DNA of 63,469 nucleotides, filler included, from an uncultured Clostridia bacterium (GCA_964441745.1; 3 parts of 3 records of this genome joined end to end with filler, not necessarily neighbours in it), one strand, 5' to 3'. Numbered from the whole stretch's first letter, positions 39,734 to 51,003 are shown. Translations and numbers: made by a program. Notes: generated by a model from the letters alone, not told the origin.

Positions 39734-40909
39734 TTAATAGGCTTTCTTTAATATACTGATCACGTCTTCTTCCGAGACTACCCGGGGATTGGTTTTCAGT
39801 GACCCGGAAGGCAAGCTATCTTTAGCTATTTGGGGGAAATCTTCCGGCTTGACCCCGAGCTCCTGCAATCGCCAGGGAAAACCGACTTCTACCAGGAGTT
39901 GTTTTGTTTTATCGATGCAGATCTTGGCGGCGCGTTCTTTGTCCAGTCCTCTTAACAAACCACCCATAACCCCGGCTATAGCCGCGTATTTCACAGTGGC
40001 AAAATTTAGATTAAACTCGATCACATATGGCAACAAGACCCCGCAAACCAATCCGTGGGGCAGGTTATATTTTTGGCCCAGGGGATGAGCAATGCCATGT
40101 ACCGCGCCCATGCGCGCGTTAGACAATGTGATGCCGCTTAATAAAGCGGCATACATCATATTCTGCCGGGTATTGATATTGGTCCCATTCTTGAAAGCTT
40201 CCCGGAGATTCAGGCTGACCAAGCGGATAGATTGCAGCGCAATAGCATCAGTTAATATATTGGACCCGGTGGAGACATACGATTCAATAGACTGACAAAG
40301 AGCATCAATTCCAGAGTAAGCGGTCAATTTAGGCGGCAAACTCACAGTTAATTCAGCGTCAATTATAGCTGCTTGCGGATATAAAAAATGATGACGCAAA
40401 CTTTCTTTTACTTGCCTTTTCCTGTCGCTTAATACAGCGTTAGGAGTAACTTCCGCTCCCGTTCCGGCGGTAGTAGGAATAGCAATACACGGGACCCCGG
40501 GGAATAACAGCTCCCGGCCAGTCATGTATTCTTCTACCAAACCGTCTTTGTTAGCCAAGGCCGCCACGGCCTTAGCAGCGTCGATCACACTACCGCCACC
40601 CAGGCCAACCACGATATCACAACCTTTTTCCCTGGTGACCGCGAGAGCTTGGTTAATATTATCACAGGCTGGTTCAGGATCGACCTGGTCAAAAACTGTT
40701 AGCCGGATCTCAGAAGTGGCTGAAATAATTTTTGTAATCCGGTCCAGCAACCCACTTTGCCGGGCGCTTTTTTTACCAGTGATCAGCAGTACATTATCCC
40801 CTAACCCGCGGATAATGCCGACCAGATTGTTCAGGCTGCCCAATCCGGAAACTATTTTAGTAGGTAAATTGAATTCAGTGATCTTGTTTTCCGGCACGAT
40901 AAGCTCCAA
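39734..40909 (-). CDS. iron-containing alcohol dehydrogenase
   Basis: GGGS, PTTAGTG, HGIAH and PHG motifs. Confidence 0.95.
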   Translation of the reverse strand: MELIVPENKITEFNLPTKIVSGLGSLNNLVGIIRGLGDNVLLITGKKSARQSGLLDRITKIISATSEIRLTVFDQVDPEPACDNINQALAVTREKGCDIVVGLGGGSVIDAAKAVAALANKDGLVEEYMTGRELLFPGVPCIAIPTTAGTGAEVTPNAVLSDRKRQVKESLRHHFLYPQAAIIDAELTVSLPPKLTAYSGIDALCQSIESYVSTGSNILTDAIALQSIRLVSLNLREAFKNGTNINTRQNMMYAALLSGITLSNARMGAVHGIAHPLGQKYNLPHGLVCGVLLPYVIEFNLNFATVKYAAIAGVMGGLLRGLDKERAAKICIDKTKQLLVEVGFPWRLQELGVKPEDFPQIAKDSLPSGSLKTNPRVVSEEDVISILKKAY

Positions 40910-40916
40910 AGTGCGA

Positions 40917-41029
40917 GTATCAGGAAACCAGGGAATCAGGGTGAAGGAGATCAGGTTACCAGGGGACCAGGCACTTCCTGATATCCTGTTATCCTGATAG
41001 CCATTACCTGATCACCTGATATTCTGATT
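40917..41029. repeat. 8-nt-period xxxxCAGG / CCTGxxxx repeats in inverted arms
   Basis: gtatcagg-aaaccagg-gaatcagg ... cctgatat-cctgttat-cctgatag. Confidence 0.85.
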
Positions 41030-41037
41030 CCCGTAAT

Positions 41038-41532
41038 TCATTTGCTAAGTTCTTTCTTCAGCAGTGCATACACCTCGGCTATTGTTTGCGGCATCACTTT
41101 AGTAGCGCCGATCACCGGCATAAAATTGTGATCGCCGTTCCAGCGCGGCACAATATGGATATGTACATGACCAAGAACACCAGCTCCGCCGACTTTACCA
41201 ATGTTGATACCAACATTAAAGCCTTCCGGTCGCATTACTTTTTTTAAAATCTTGGTCATCCTCTGAGTTAATTGCATCATCTCGGCCAGAGTGGCGGCGT
41301 CAATTTTTTCCAGGTCCTTGAGATGCTGGAGTGGAGCTATCATAATATGGCCATTGGTATAGGGATACAGATTTAACATGACAAACGCTCTTTCTCCCCG
41401 GTAAAGCACTAGATTTTTCAGACCGTCTTTCTTTTTCAGTTTTTTACAAAAAACGCAACCTGGTGCATTGGCTTTTTTAATATAAGCCATCCGCCAGGGC
41501 GCCCAAAGCAGATCAAACTTTTTCGTAGTCAT
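41038..41532 (-). CDS. HIT-family nucleotide hydrolase/phosphorylase
   Basis: LWAPWR, CVFC, NLYPY and HVHIH motifs. Confidence 0.93.
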   Translation of the reverse strand: MTTKKFDLLWAPWRMAYIKKANAPGCVFCKKLKKKDGLKNLVLYRGERAFVMLNLYPYTNGHIMIAPLQHLKDLEKIDAATLAEMMQLTQRMTKILKKVMRPEGFNVGINIGKVGGAGVLGHVHIHIVPRWNGDHNFMPVIGATKVMPQTIAEVYALLKKELSK

Positions 41533-41579
41533 AATAATTCCTCAAAATTATCGTTAGAGTAGTATCTTAACTTACCACT

Positions 41580-42467
41580 TTACCCCTTACCACTATCTTT
41601 CACTGCTTTAAACGCTTTTTTCAGTGTCTCCCAAACCAGGGCAGGATTAGCAGAATTTAACTGGTCCACTAAACTGCCGCAATCGTAACTCCAGGCAGCA
41701 ATATTGGCGATACCGGCTCTGGCGGCAAGGTCTACAGCCAGACTGATTTCCGGTTCTTTGCCGGCCGGGATCTTAAAAGCCTGGATCCAGAGCTGCGCTT
41801 CCTTATCATGTTTGTTACAAAGATTATAAACTTTTTTTGCGAATTCTTCAACAAATTCCAGTTTTTTATTCCACAACAGCCAATATGGGTCAGTCCCGAA
41901 TATATCCATAGTATTAAGCGCTAATATTTTATCCCAGAGCCGCAAGGACCTGGCATCATCCTGCGGGTAAACACAAATTGCATTTTTTATTCCCTCTTCT
42001 TTTACCAGCGCCGTCATTTCCCCTAAAAAATCGATAATTTTACTTGTTTCTTCCTGGTCATATTTTAATCCGATTTGATGCGGTTCATCCCAGAAAATAA
42101 CGTCAGGTTTCATCGCCAGGGCGATAGACAGCCATTCTCTCATGAATTTTTTGAATTTCTTATGGCTAATATCAGCCATGGGAACGGGTTTCCCTTTTTT
42201 CCTTAAACAGGCATCTGGATTTTCCGCGACAAAAAGAGAAAAAGTTTCTCCGCCGAAAACACCGCCTACACCCCAGGGGTCAAGATATGTGGTTAAGCCG
42301 CGCTCGCGGCTTAGCTTTATTATTTCCTGCATATTCTGGCGATGATAATAGAGATCCGTTTCGCTGAATGTATGCACTATAAAATCGCAGCACGCAGTGA
42401 TCTCGGCCAGGTCTTTTTTGGCCTGGGATAAGTCCCTGGTTAGAATGTAACTGACCCCGGTTTTCAA
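41580..42467 (-). CDS. putative TIM-barrel glycoside hydrolase-like protein
   Basis: GVSY, HTFSE, DPWG, WDEP and GTDPY motifs; TTG start overlapping the upstream stop, GGAG SD. Confidence 0.55.
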   Translation of the reverse strand: MKTGVSYILTRDLSQAKKDLAEITACCDFIVHTFSETDLYYHRQNMQEIIKLSRERGLTTYLDPWGVGGVFGGETFSLFVAENPDACLRKKGKPVPMADISHKKFKKFMREWLSIALAMKPDVIFWDEPHQIGLKYDQEETSKIIDFLGEMTALVKEEGIKNAICVYPQDDARSLRLWDKILALNTMDIFGTDPYWLLWNKKLEFVEEFAKKVYNLCNKHDKEAQLWIQAFKIPAGKEPEISLAVDLAARAGIANIAAWSYDCGSLVDQLNSANPALVWETLKKAFKAVKDSGKG

Positions 42468-43204
42468 GGTAGACTCCAGAGGTTGCCAGCTATGGAAACG
42501 CAAAACGCCAGTACTGCGGTGAGCGCCACAGCATCACGGCCGGCGAACCTTAATTGATATAAGCTGGTGCGCTGCGGGCCAAGATGAAAGCCGCGAGCTT
42601 CAATACCCCGCGCCAATTCATCAGCTTTTTTCATGACATTGACCAGTAAAGCATAAGCCAGCAAAGGAATATTTTTTGGTGAATACCGCACTCCCCGCAC
42701 CTGTTGCGCTTCCATGATCTTTTGATTTTCCAACAACGCCAGCGGGATGAATCTAATGGCCATCGTGACCATAAAGGCAATACTGGAACCAAGCTGGGCA
42801 AAAATATTAAGCGGCTTTAATAGCTTCTGCAGCCCCATCGCCAGGCTGAAGATAGGAGTGGTCGCTGTCAAGAGAGCAGTTAAAGATAGCAACAAAACAA
42901 AACGGGCCAGGATGGCTAAGCCTACTTTCCAGCCCCCTGCTGAACCCAGATGCATAACCAGGATCAGCGCCAGGAACCAGGCTAACGGACGAATAGTCTT
43001 TACCCAGCGTGAAAACGGCGCCTGTCCCAATAGTAACAGCAGTATGGAAATTCCCGTAAAAGCCGTATATTCCTGCCAACTATTGAGAAAAAAAACAACC
43101 CCAGATAAAATTAACAAACTGATAATTTTAGTTCTGGGGTCGAGGTGGTGGATAAAGGAATCACCTTCACTATATTGCCCTACTATGTCGGGAATATTGC
43201 GCAT
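42464..43204 (-). CDS. ecfT: ECF transporter transmembrane component T
   Basis: GQY..GDS..H.LDPRTK, RFIP, QQVRG and EARG motifs. Confidence 0.92.
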   Translation of the reverse strand: MRNIPDIVGQYSEGDSFIHHLDPRTKIISLLILSGVVFFLNSWQEYTAFTGISILLLLLGQAPFSRWVKTIRPLAWFLALILVMHLGSAGGWKVGLAILARFVLLLSLTALLTATTPIFSLAMGLQKLLKPLNIFAQLGSSIAFMVTMAIRFIPLALLENQKIMEAQQVRGVRYSPKNIPLLAYALLVNVMKKADELARGIEARGFHLGPQRTSLYQLRFAGRDAVALTAVLAFCVSIAGNLWSLP

Positions 43205-43289
43205 GGGTTTCCAGCGAATCTAGTCGCGAGTCCCGGGTCGCGAGTCAATGCCTAAACTCGTAACTTGAAACTCGAACTCTGGGACTTTT

Positions 43290-44303
43290 TTAAACGATCT
43301 TTTGTTTAATCAGCTCTTCCGCGATCTGCACGGCATTCCAGGCTGCTCCTTTGAGCAGGTTATCACTTACGATCCACACATTTAAACCGTTGCTGATGGA
43401 TTCATCCTGGCGTATCCGTCCAACAAAAGTATCGATCTTGCCTTCGCAATCGATCGCCAAAGGATACTTCTTGTTAGCTGGGTCATCTACCAAAACCACT
43501 CCCGGCGCTTTCGCCAGCATTTTCTTGGCATCAGCCGCGCTGAGATGTTTTTCAGTCTCGATATTCACTGATTCGGAATGCCCGCGCATCACTGGCACAC
43601 GCACCGTAGTGGCAGTAACCTGGATGGATTCATCTCCCATGATCTTCCTGGTTTCATTAACCATTTTCATTTCTTCCTTGGTATAATCATTCTCCAGGAA
43701 AACATCAATATGCGGAATGACATTATACGCGATCTGGTACGGGAAATAGGTACATTCTACGGGTTTACCAGCAACCAGGGCCTTTACTTGTTCCTCTAAT
43801 TCAACCATCGCCTTATGACCCGCGCCGCTTACGGCCTGATAAGTAGAAACCACAATCCTCTTGATCTTGGCAGCATCGTGAATAGGCTTTAGCACCACAA
43901 CCATCTGGATAGTAGAACAATTCGGATTGGCAATTATTTTTTTATCTTTTTGCAGATGGTGCGGATTAACTTCCGGTACCACCAAGGGGACATCTTTGTC
44001 CATACGCCAGGCGCTGGAATTATCTATGACAAAGACACCTTCCCTGGCGGCGATAGGAGCATATTCCTTGGAAATAGCCGCGCCAGCGGAAAAGAGAGCG
44101 ATCTCCATGCCCTTAAAAGAATCCTTATTTAATTCTTCTATGGCGACATCTTGCCCCTTGTATTTTAATTTCTTGCCGGCCGAACGTGCGCTGGCTAATA
44201 GACGCAAATTAGCCACGGGGAAATCCCGTTCCTCCAGCATTTTGATCATTTCATTGCCTACTGCTCCAGTGGCGCCGACCACTGCTACATTATACTTTTT
44301 CAT
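43290..44303 (-). CDS. asd: aspartate-semialdehyde dehydrogenase
   Basis: GATGAVG, NPNCST, GHSE and DNLLKGAA motifs. Confidence 0.98.
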   Translation of the reverse strand: MKKYNVAVVGATGAVGNEMIKMLEERDFPVANLRLLASARSAGKKLKYKGQDVAIEELNKDSFKGMEIALFSAGAAISKEYAPIAAREGVFVIDNSSAWRMDKDVPLVVPEVNPHHLQKDKKIIANPNCSTIQMVVVLKPIHDAAKIKRIVVSTYQAVSGAGHKAMVELEEQVKALVAGKPVECTYFPYQIAYNVIPHIDVFLENDYTKEEMKMVNETRKIMGDESIQVTATTVRVPVMRGHSESVNIETEKHLSAADAKKMLAKAPGVVLVDDPANKKYPLAIDCEGKIDTFVGRIRQDESISNGLNVWIVSDNLLKGAAWNAVQIAEELIKQKIV

Positions 44304-44441
44304 CTTTACTCCCAAGTAAAATTCTAAATTCTAAATTACATCGTCTCTTCGAGACTTATGCTAAATTAATGTTTTGTGCTCTATGATTAAAGACCTGAAT
44401 TTGGAATAAGCGCAGCGATAGAATTCGTAATTTAGCATTTT

Positions 44442-45524
44442 TTATATCAAACTCGCGATCAGGTCGCCAATTTCCGTAGTGCCCAGGCCCATCTTACCGG
44501 CCGCCAGGCTCTTGATCTTGCCGCTTTCCAAAGCTTTAATCACCGCCTGCTCTATGGCTTGCCCGGCTTTTGTTTCGCCTAATGTTTCCAACATCATCCC
44601 ACCGGCGCAGATCGCGGCTAGCGGATTAATGACATTCTTACCGGTATATTTAGGCGCTGATCCGCCAATCGGCTCAAACATGCTGACGCCTTCAGGATTG
44701 ATATTCCCACCGGCAGCAATACCCATTCCACCCTGAATCATCGCGCCCAGGTCAGTAATGATATCGCCGAACAGGTTCTCTGTAACGATCACGTCAAACC
44801 ACTCCGGACTTTTCACGAACCACATGGTGGTTGCGTCAACGTGAGCATAGTCCCGCTTGAGATTCTTGTATTGTTTCTCACCCATTTCTTCGAAAGCGCG
44901 GTACCAGAGGTCGCCACAATAAGTCAGGACATTCCTCTTATGTACGAGATGGATAGGTTTCTCGGCGTATTTTGGATTCTGCTGGTTTCTCTTCGCTTTG
45001 AGTTCATAAGCGTACTTGATACAGCGATCCACGGTACGCCGGTCATAAATCATCACCTGTGAGGCGATCTCATCCGGTGTGCCCACCCGGGTAGCGCCGC
45101 CGTGTCCCGTGTAGATACCGCCGGTATTTTCACGCACGACCACAAAATCTATCTCCGCCGGGCCTTTATCTTTTACCGGCGTAGAAACATTAGGATATAA
45201 TTTCACCGGACGCAGGTTAATATACTGGTCCAGTTCAAACCTGATGCGCAGCAGTATGCCCAGCTCCAAAATTCCAGGTTTCACGTCCGGATGACCGATG
45301 GCGCCAAGATAAATAGCATCGAGTTTGCGTAGCTCAGGTATTACTGAATCAGGCACTGTCTCGCCGGTTTTCTTATATCTTTCCCCGCCCAAGTCATAAT
45401 TGACCAGGTCATATTTTAAGCCGTATTTCTGGCCAACGGCATCAAGAACTTTTAGTCCTTCTTTTAGTACCTCCGGGCCGGTCCCATCCCCGCCCATAAC
45501 CCCGATCTTATATGTTTTACTCAC
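44442..45524 (-). CDS. leuB: 3-isopropylmalate dehydrogenase
   Basis: [22 protein letters not shown] and GSAP motifs; near leuD. Confidence 0.92.
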   Translation of the reverse strand: MSKTYKIGVMGGDGTGPEVLKEGLKVLDAVGQKYGLKYDLVNYDLGGERYKKTGETVPDSVIPELRKLDAIYLGAIGHPDVKPGILELGILLRIRFELDQYINLRPVKLYPNVSTPVKDKGPAEIDFVVVRENTGGIYTGHGGATRVGTPDEIASQVMIYDRRTVDRCIKYAYELKAKRNQQNPKYAEKPIHLVHKRNVLTYCGDLWYRAFEEMGEKQYKNLKRDYAHVDATTMWFVKSPEWFDVIVTENLFGDIITDLGAMIQGGMGIAAGGNINPEGVSMFEPIGGSAPKYTGKNVINPLAAICAGGMMLETLGETKAGQAIEQAVIKALESGKIKSLAAGKMGLGTTEIGDLIASLI

Positions 45525-45578
45525 GTTATTGCTCCTCCTTTAAAATACTTTAAGTTTTAGTTGGTAATTTGTTTTGTT

Positions 45579-45920
45579 TTACTGCTTACTTTCAATCTTT
45601 TCTTTTTTTAATTCCGGCAAACGGATCATCCTGTTGGTTAAACCGTCGATCACTGAGCCAATGATCCAGCCTAAAACAATATACATAACTGACCCACCGA
45701 TGGCGAAAAATAAGTTATCTAACCACCCCGGAGCTTGTATTTTGAGCATCTTCCAGAGAAAAAAGAGCGGAGCGTCATATGTCACTACGCTAAAGTTATC
45801 AGGCACCCCTTCCAGCGGATAGAAATAAAGAGAGTTTATGACAAACTGGAAATGGAAAACGCCAAAGATCAAGCTAAAAGCGATACGAAAATATTTTCCC
45901 TCGATCTTCAATGGCTGCAT
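45579..45920 (-). CDS. hypothetical membrane protein
   Basis: AAGGAG SD, hydrophobic segments. Confidence 0.6.
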   Translation of the reverse strand: MQPLKIEGKYFRIAFSLIFGVFHFQFVINSLYFYPLEGVPDNFSVVTYDAPLFFLWKMLKIQAPGWLDNLFFAIGGSVMYIVLGWIIGSVIDGLTNRMIRLPELKKEKIESKQ

Positions 45921-45937
45921 CTTATCTCCTTTGCCGG

Positions 45938-46285
45938 TTACTCGGTAGTCTCGATCAACTCGGCCCGTTTGGGATTATCTACTTTATAGATATACTTAAA
46001 ATTACTGTTTCGCATATGGACATAAGTAACTTTCCAGGCCCAGACTGAGGTGTCTCTTTCCTTAAACGCATTGGTATATACTACTGATACCAGGATAAAA
46101 TTATTGAATCTAACATAAGGATTTGTTTCTTTAGAGATTTCACGTTTAAAAGCATTAGATGCCAGTTTTACGGCAGTAGATACATCTACCTTAGGCGCCG
46201 GGATTGGCGAACCTACCTCAGCTTTGGCCGTCAGCGGCGCCACCGCTAAAAGCAACATAATCGCTATTACTTTTAAGCTTTTCAC
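45938..46285 (-). CDS. hypothetical secreted protein
   Basis: AGGAGG SD, signal peptide ending AKA. Confidence 0.65.
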   Translation of the reverse strand: MKSLKVIAIMLLLAVAPLTAKAEVGSPIPAPKVDVSTAVKLASNAFKREISKETNPYVRFNNFILVSVVYTNAFKERDTSVWAWKVTYVHMRNSNFKYIYKVDNPKRAELIETTE

Positions 46286-46324
46286 AGGGGTCTTCCCTCC
46301 TTTTTCTTTTTCTGCTGTTTTTCC

Positions 46325-46813
46325 CTAGATCTTTTTCTTGACATATTCCATTAATCCGCCGGCATTGATCAGTTCCTGCATAAACGGCGGGAAAGCAGTA
46401 GCATTATATGTTTTACCGGTAGTAATATTCTTGATCTTGCCTTTTTCCAGGTCCACTTCAATCACATCGCCTTCTTCGATACCCTTGCAGGCAGCTGCAC
46501 TTTCCAGGATAGGCAGGCCGATATTAATGGCATTGCGATAGAAGATCCTGGCAAATGTCTCCGCGATCACACAAGATACCCCGGCCCCTTTCAGGCAGAT
46601 CGGCGCGTGTTCGCGCGAGGACCCGCAGCCAAAATTTTTACCCGCCACAATGATATCCCCTTTTTTTACTTTTTTCGGGAAATCCTGGTCTGCGTCTTCC
46701 ATGCAATGCTTAGCCAGCTCTTTCTCTTCAAAAGTATTCAGATATCTTGCCGGGATGATCTCATCAGTATTGATATTATCCTTGAATTTCCACACTTTGC
46801 CTTTCAGTTTCAT
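46325..46813 (-). CDS. leuD: 3-isopropylmalate dehydratase small subunit
   Basis: [25 protein letters not shown] and GGL motifs. Confidence 0.96.
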   Translation of the reverse strand: MKLKGKVWKFKDNINTDEIIPARYLNTFEEKELAKHCMEDADQDFPKKVKKGDIIVAGKNFGCGSSREHAPICLKGAGVSCVIAETFARIFYRNAINIGLPILESAAACKGIEEGDVIEVDLEKGKIKNITTGKTYNATAFPPFMQELINAGGLMEYVKKKI

Positions 46814-46866
46814 GCACTACTCCTTTTGATTGCTAATTACGCGAATGCCTCGAATCTAAAGCATTA

Positions 46867-47073
46867 TCATGAATTTGGCTTGTTACGGTCACGCAAAAAG
46901 TATATCATCGCTAAAATATAGGAGATGATAAAAATTATCCAGACCAGCCAGAGAATACCTTTCCAGAAATCAACAAAATATATTCCCAGCAAAATACCCA
47001 AACTCAGCAAGCACATCTTTAATATGCCAAACTTCCAATATTCCCAGGTCAGTTTCCGGTTCATATAACCCAT
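46867..47073 (-). CDS. small hypothetical membrane protein
   Basis: GGAGG SD, two TM segments. Confidence 0.6.
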   Translation of the reverse strand: MGYMNRKLTWEYWKFGILKMCLLSLGILLGIYFVDFWKGILWLVWIIFIISYILAMIYFLRDRNKPNS

Positions 47074-47124
47074 ACTGCTACCTCCCTATTTAACCAACCT
47101 CAACCGCGTAGGTTGAGATAGGGT

Positions 47125-47325
47125 TTATGTATTTGGGGGTAAAGTGCTTTTTTTGGGGAAAACCAACCAGTAAATGAGGTAAATAATAATACCTCCGCCC
47201 CAGAATATAGCCAGGATCAAAAATATTACCCTGACGATTGTCGGGTCAATACCAAAATATTCAGCTAACCCGCCGCAGACCCCAGCGATCTTCCTGTCTG
47301 TTTCCGACCGGTATAATCTTTTCAT
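47125..47325 (-). CDS. pspC: PspC domain protein
   Basis: [21 protein letters not shown]. Confidence 0.92.
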   Translation of the reverse strand: MKRLYRSETDRKIAGVCGGLAEYFGIDPTIVRVIFLILAIFWGGGIIIYLIYWLVFPKKSTLPPNT

Positions 47326-47326
47326 A

Positions 47327-47644
47327 TTAATTTTTCACTTTCAGGGTCATGGCTTTATTAGCAGCCATGTTTATGGCAAATTCATCACAACCCTTAGCTT
47401 TGGTCGTTTGGATAAAGGCATTCCGGTCAGATTTGAACAAGACCTTGAACATTTTGGAAAAGAAATTATTGAACTTACCGCGCTCCATGATATTGCCAAA
47501 CATCTTGCAGTCAGCGCAACTGGAATAATTATTCTCTATGGCGCACAAACGCACCTTGCACCATGAAGCTTTCTCGTTTTTGTGGCAACCGGGACACTTA
47601 TCTTTGAAGTCCTCCATTTTATTCCCACATCCGCCACTAATCAT
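47327..47644 (-). CDS. DUF3795-like Cys-rich protein, N-terminus apparently degraded
   Basis: CPGC..C...C..CADC pattern; the usual N-terminal CG..C..C is not intact. Confidence 0.5.
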   Translation of the reverse strand: MISGGCGNKMEDFKDKCPGCHKNEKASWCKVRLCAIENNYSSCADCKMFGNIMERGKFNNFFSKMFKVLFKSDRNAFIQTTKAKGCDEFAINMAANKAMTLKVKN

Positions 47645-47742
47645 CCAAAAAGCTCTGGCGCACTAAAGAGCGTTGGCGGACTCCCTACGGTCGCGCTACC
47701 AATTCCTTATCCGCAACAATATCTTTCATAGTCTATCCCTCG

Positions 47743-48087
47743 TTATGCTAATTCTTTTACGATTTCAGCAAGTCGCGGCTTTGCTTTTGGAATTTCCTCT
47801 TTCACAGCCCGCCAAACTACTTTTAAAACAATACCGAAATATTCATGAACAAGAACATCTCTCATTCCAGCCATCTGTCTCCAAGGAACATCTGGATATC
47901 TGTTTCTAATAACAATTGGGATATGTTTTGAAGCCTCTCCAATAATTTCCAAGCTTCTTATAACTGCATATACTGTTTTCTTATCTTTAGAAAACTTGTC
48001 AAAAGCACATCCCTTCAGGAAATTTTCCGCCATCTCCATATTTTCCAGGATATCCTGTAGATATAGCTTATAGTCTCTCTTGGTCAT
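47743..48087 (-). CDS. HepT-like HEPN ribonuclease toxin (DUF86)
   Basis: LEIIGEA, RDVLVHEY (Rx4H-Y). Confidence 0.93.
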   Translation of the reverse strand: MTKRDYKLYLQDILENMEMAENFLKGCAFDKFSKDKKTVYAVIRSLEIIGEASKHIPIVIRNRYPDVPWRQMAGMRDVLVHEYFGIVLKVVWRAVKEEIPKAKPRLAEIVKELA

Positions 48088-48377
48088 ATATATTTAACCT
48101 CTTTAATAATATACTTCTTTAGGCTAGGTTTTAGGGCATCTCTCATAACCAAATCCACTTTTACCCCGGCTATATCTGATAAATAGTCTCCTATTTCAAC
48201 AAACTTAAAAAGCCCGGGGATTTCACTAAAATCTACCAGTAAATCCAGATCGCTTCCCTTTTTATAATCTCCTCTAATATAAGAGCCGAATATACCTAAT
48301 TCCTTGATCTTATATTTTTTCCTAAGGATTGGCTTTTGTCTTTTTAATATTTTCTCAATTCTTTCCAATTTTGTCAT
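48084..48377 (-). CDS. MntA-like minimal nucleotidyltransferase antitoxin
   Basis: IFGS..RG....SDLDLLV, VDLV; 4-nt overlap with the toxin gene. Confidence 0.93.
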   Translation of the reverse strand: MTKLERIEKILKRQKPILRKKYKIKELGIFGSYIRGDYKKGSDLDLLVDFSEIPGLFKFVEIGDYLSDIAGVKVDLVMRDALKPSLKKYIIKEVKYI

Positions 48378-48399
48378 CGTTATTTCCTTTTCCTGCTCT

Positions 48400-48591
48400 C
48401 TAATTTGGTCCTACTTCTTTTCTCGTGAAAGGAGAAATCCAAGCAACCCTGTTATCTTTCCAAATCACCAATGAACGTCCTGTCCGCTTATGTTCTTCTA
48501 TGACCCCTTTTACCGCCTGCTTCAAAGCCAGCACAGCTTTGTCTTGGATAGTTAATCTTTTTTTCTTAGTCTTGCCTTTTTTCTTCCTCAT
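48400..48591 (-). CDS. small basic hypothetical protein
   Basis: 63-aa ORF upstream of the TA pair. Confidence 0.55.
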   Translation of the reverse strand: MRKKKGKTKKKRLTIQDKAVLALKQAVKGVIEEHKRTGRSLVIWKDNRVAWISPFTRKEVGPN

Positions 48592-48676
48592 ACAGAGATT
48601 TCCCTTACTTTCACGATTCAGCAGGGTGACCGAGAATAGAGCAATTATACCAAGAATGTGACTAAAATAATAGTTG

Positions 48677-48776
48677 NNNNNNNNNNNNNNNNNNNNNNNN
48701 NNNNNNNNNNNNNNNNNNNNTTAATTAATTAANNNNNNNNNNNNNNNNNNNNNNNNNNNNNNNNNNNNNNNNNNNN
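48677..48776. other. artificial contig linker
   Basis: N44-TTAATTAATTAA-N44. Confidence 0.98.
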
Positions 48777-49606
<830 letters not shown>

Positions 49607-49724
49607 ATAATTATAGAGTAGATCAATCTGCTCTAATCTTACTGTTTGCTAGCTTTACTATTTTTTGTTGATTCTGTTAAGAATCGACAAGGTTTATGGT
49701 TTTTACCATATTGCACCTATTCAG

Positions 49725-49737
49725 TTATCAAAGAACT
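49725..49737 (-). promoter_or_regulatory. boxA-like rRNA antitermination element
   Basis: AGTTCTTTGATAA in the rrn leader. Confidence 0.65.
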
Positions 49738-49790
49738 TTTGAAAACAAAAATATACAAAACCACTTACCACTTTCTTAAGTGGTTTAACT

Positions 49791-49943
49791 ATTATACTTA
49801 TTATAAAATTATTGTCAAGAATTATTTTAAATTTATTTGCGAGGATTTATTGCGAAGGTTATTTACTGCCGGGAATTCTGCTTGCTGTTCCCTCCCTTCT
49901 TGCATCCATTGTTAATAGTACCAGAACCTCTAAATAATGTCAA
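49791..49943 (-). promoter_or_regulatory. tandem rRNA promoters P1 and P2
   Basis: TTGACA-17-TACTAT (49943-49915) and TTGACA-16-TATAAT (49818-49791). Confidence 0.8.
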
Positions 49944-50135
49944 GCGGTATTTTTAATATTTCTTTGCAATGTCCTTTTACTACTGCGGAAAAATCTTTTC
50001 TGCTGCGCCTGCTTCTCTCGTTCCTAACTTATCTCTGATAAGCTTCGTCTCTCGTTCATTGTCTTCCGCCACTAAGGCTTTGGCGGGCACAGCGCCAAAG
50101 TACCAGTGGCGGACAAAAGACCTTCCTCAGAAACC

Positions 50136-50645
50136 TTATTCAGAAAGCTTACTTATATTGTTTTGATCAATGACCTTAAATTTTATTTCATTAGCTAATT
50201 CATTATAATGTTTATCGAAAGCTATTACAGCATCGATATTAATTCGTTTATCCTTATTTTCCTTTTTCCTAATATCTCTAATAAAACCCGCACTAGAACA
50301 ATCAATAAAACTCATATAATATCCATACTTATTCTTCTCAATGAATAATTTATAGCTAGCTTCAAACATTTTTTCATTTACATTAAAGATTTTAAAAGTA
50401 TCGCACATTTCCTTAGCTGCTTTTGGAACTAGAGAAATAGCAGCTTTACAACTTGACAGTCTTTGAAGAGTTTCACAATATATATAATCAGTTATAACAA
50501 ATACGGGCTTTAGTGAATTTCCTTCTAATAACTCTTTTATTGCTATTGCATCTTTATGAAATGAGTCATCTTTATTTAAATAGGCAATTAAAAAAGAAGT
50601 ATCCAATAAAATATGTTTTTTATAGCACATATTTAAATTTGACAC
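50136..50645 (-). CDS. PIN-domain (VapC-like) toxin
   Basis: LLDTSFLIA, D.FH, E, SFIDC and AFD..Y motifs. Confidence 0.9.
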   Translation of the reverse strand: MSNLNMCYKKHILLDTSFLIAYLNKDDSFHKDAIAIKELLEGNSLKPVFVITDYIYCETLQRLSSCKAAISLVPKAAKEMCDTFKIFNVNEKMFEASYKLFIEKNKYGYYMSFIDCSSAGFIRDIRKKENKDKRINIDAVIAFDKHYNELANEIKFKVIDQNNISKLSE

Positions 50646-50770
50646 TTCTTTTCTTTAATGCAAATAGATGTGTCAAATCCAAAGTTTATAGGTTTTATTC
50701 CAAAAAAACCATTACTAAGGCTTTTTTTCTTTTTACATTTATATGCTGTTATATTCCTTTTTTTCTTCAT
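50633..50770 (-). CDS. putative 45-aa antitoxin (not in ORF track)
   Basis: GAGGA SD; MKKKRNITAYKCKKKKSLSNGFFGIKPINFGFDTSICIKEKKCQI; overlaps the PIN start. Confidence 0.5.
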   Translation of the reverse strand: MKKKRNITAYKCKKKKSLSNGFFGIKPINFGFDTSICIKEKKCQI

Positions 50771-51003
50771 TTAATTCCTCGTACTGTTAATATATACTAA
50801 TTCCGTATATTTTTCAAGCCTTTTCTTTGTTCACACTTATTTTTTATAAAAATGATTATATTCACCCCGATGGACATCGGGGCAGGGATTATAAAAGAGA
50901 TTACGCTGATTAAAACTAATTTACACCTGCGCGGTGACCACGCGCCACAGGGGGCTCCGCGCAGGTGAATACCGGTTGCTCATTTACTTTTATCTTTTTT
51001 TCC

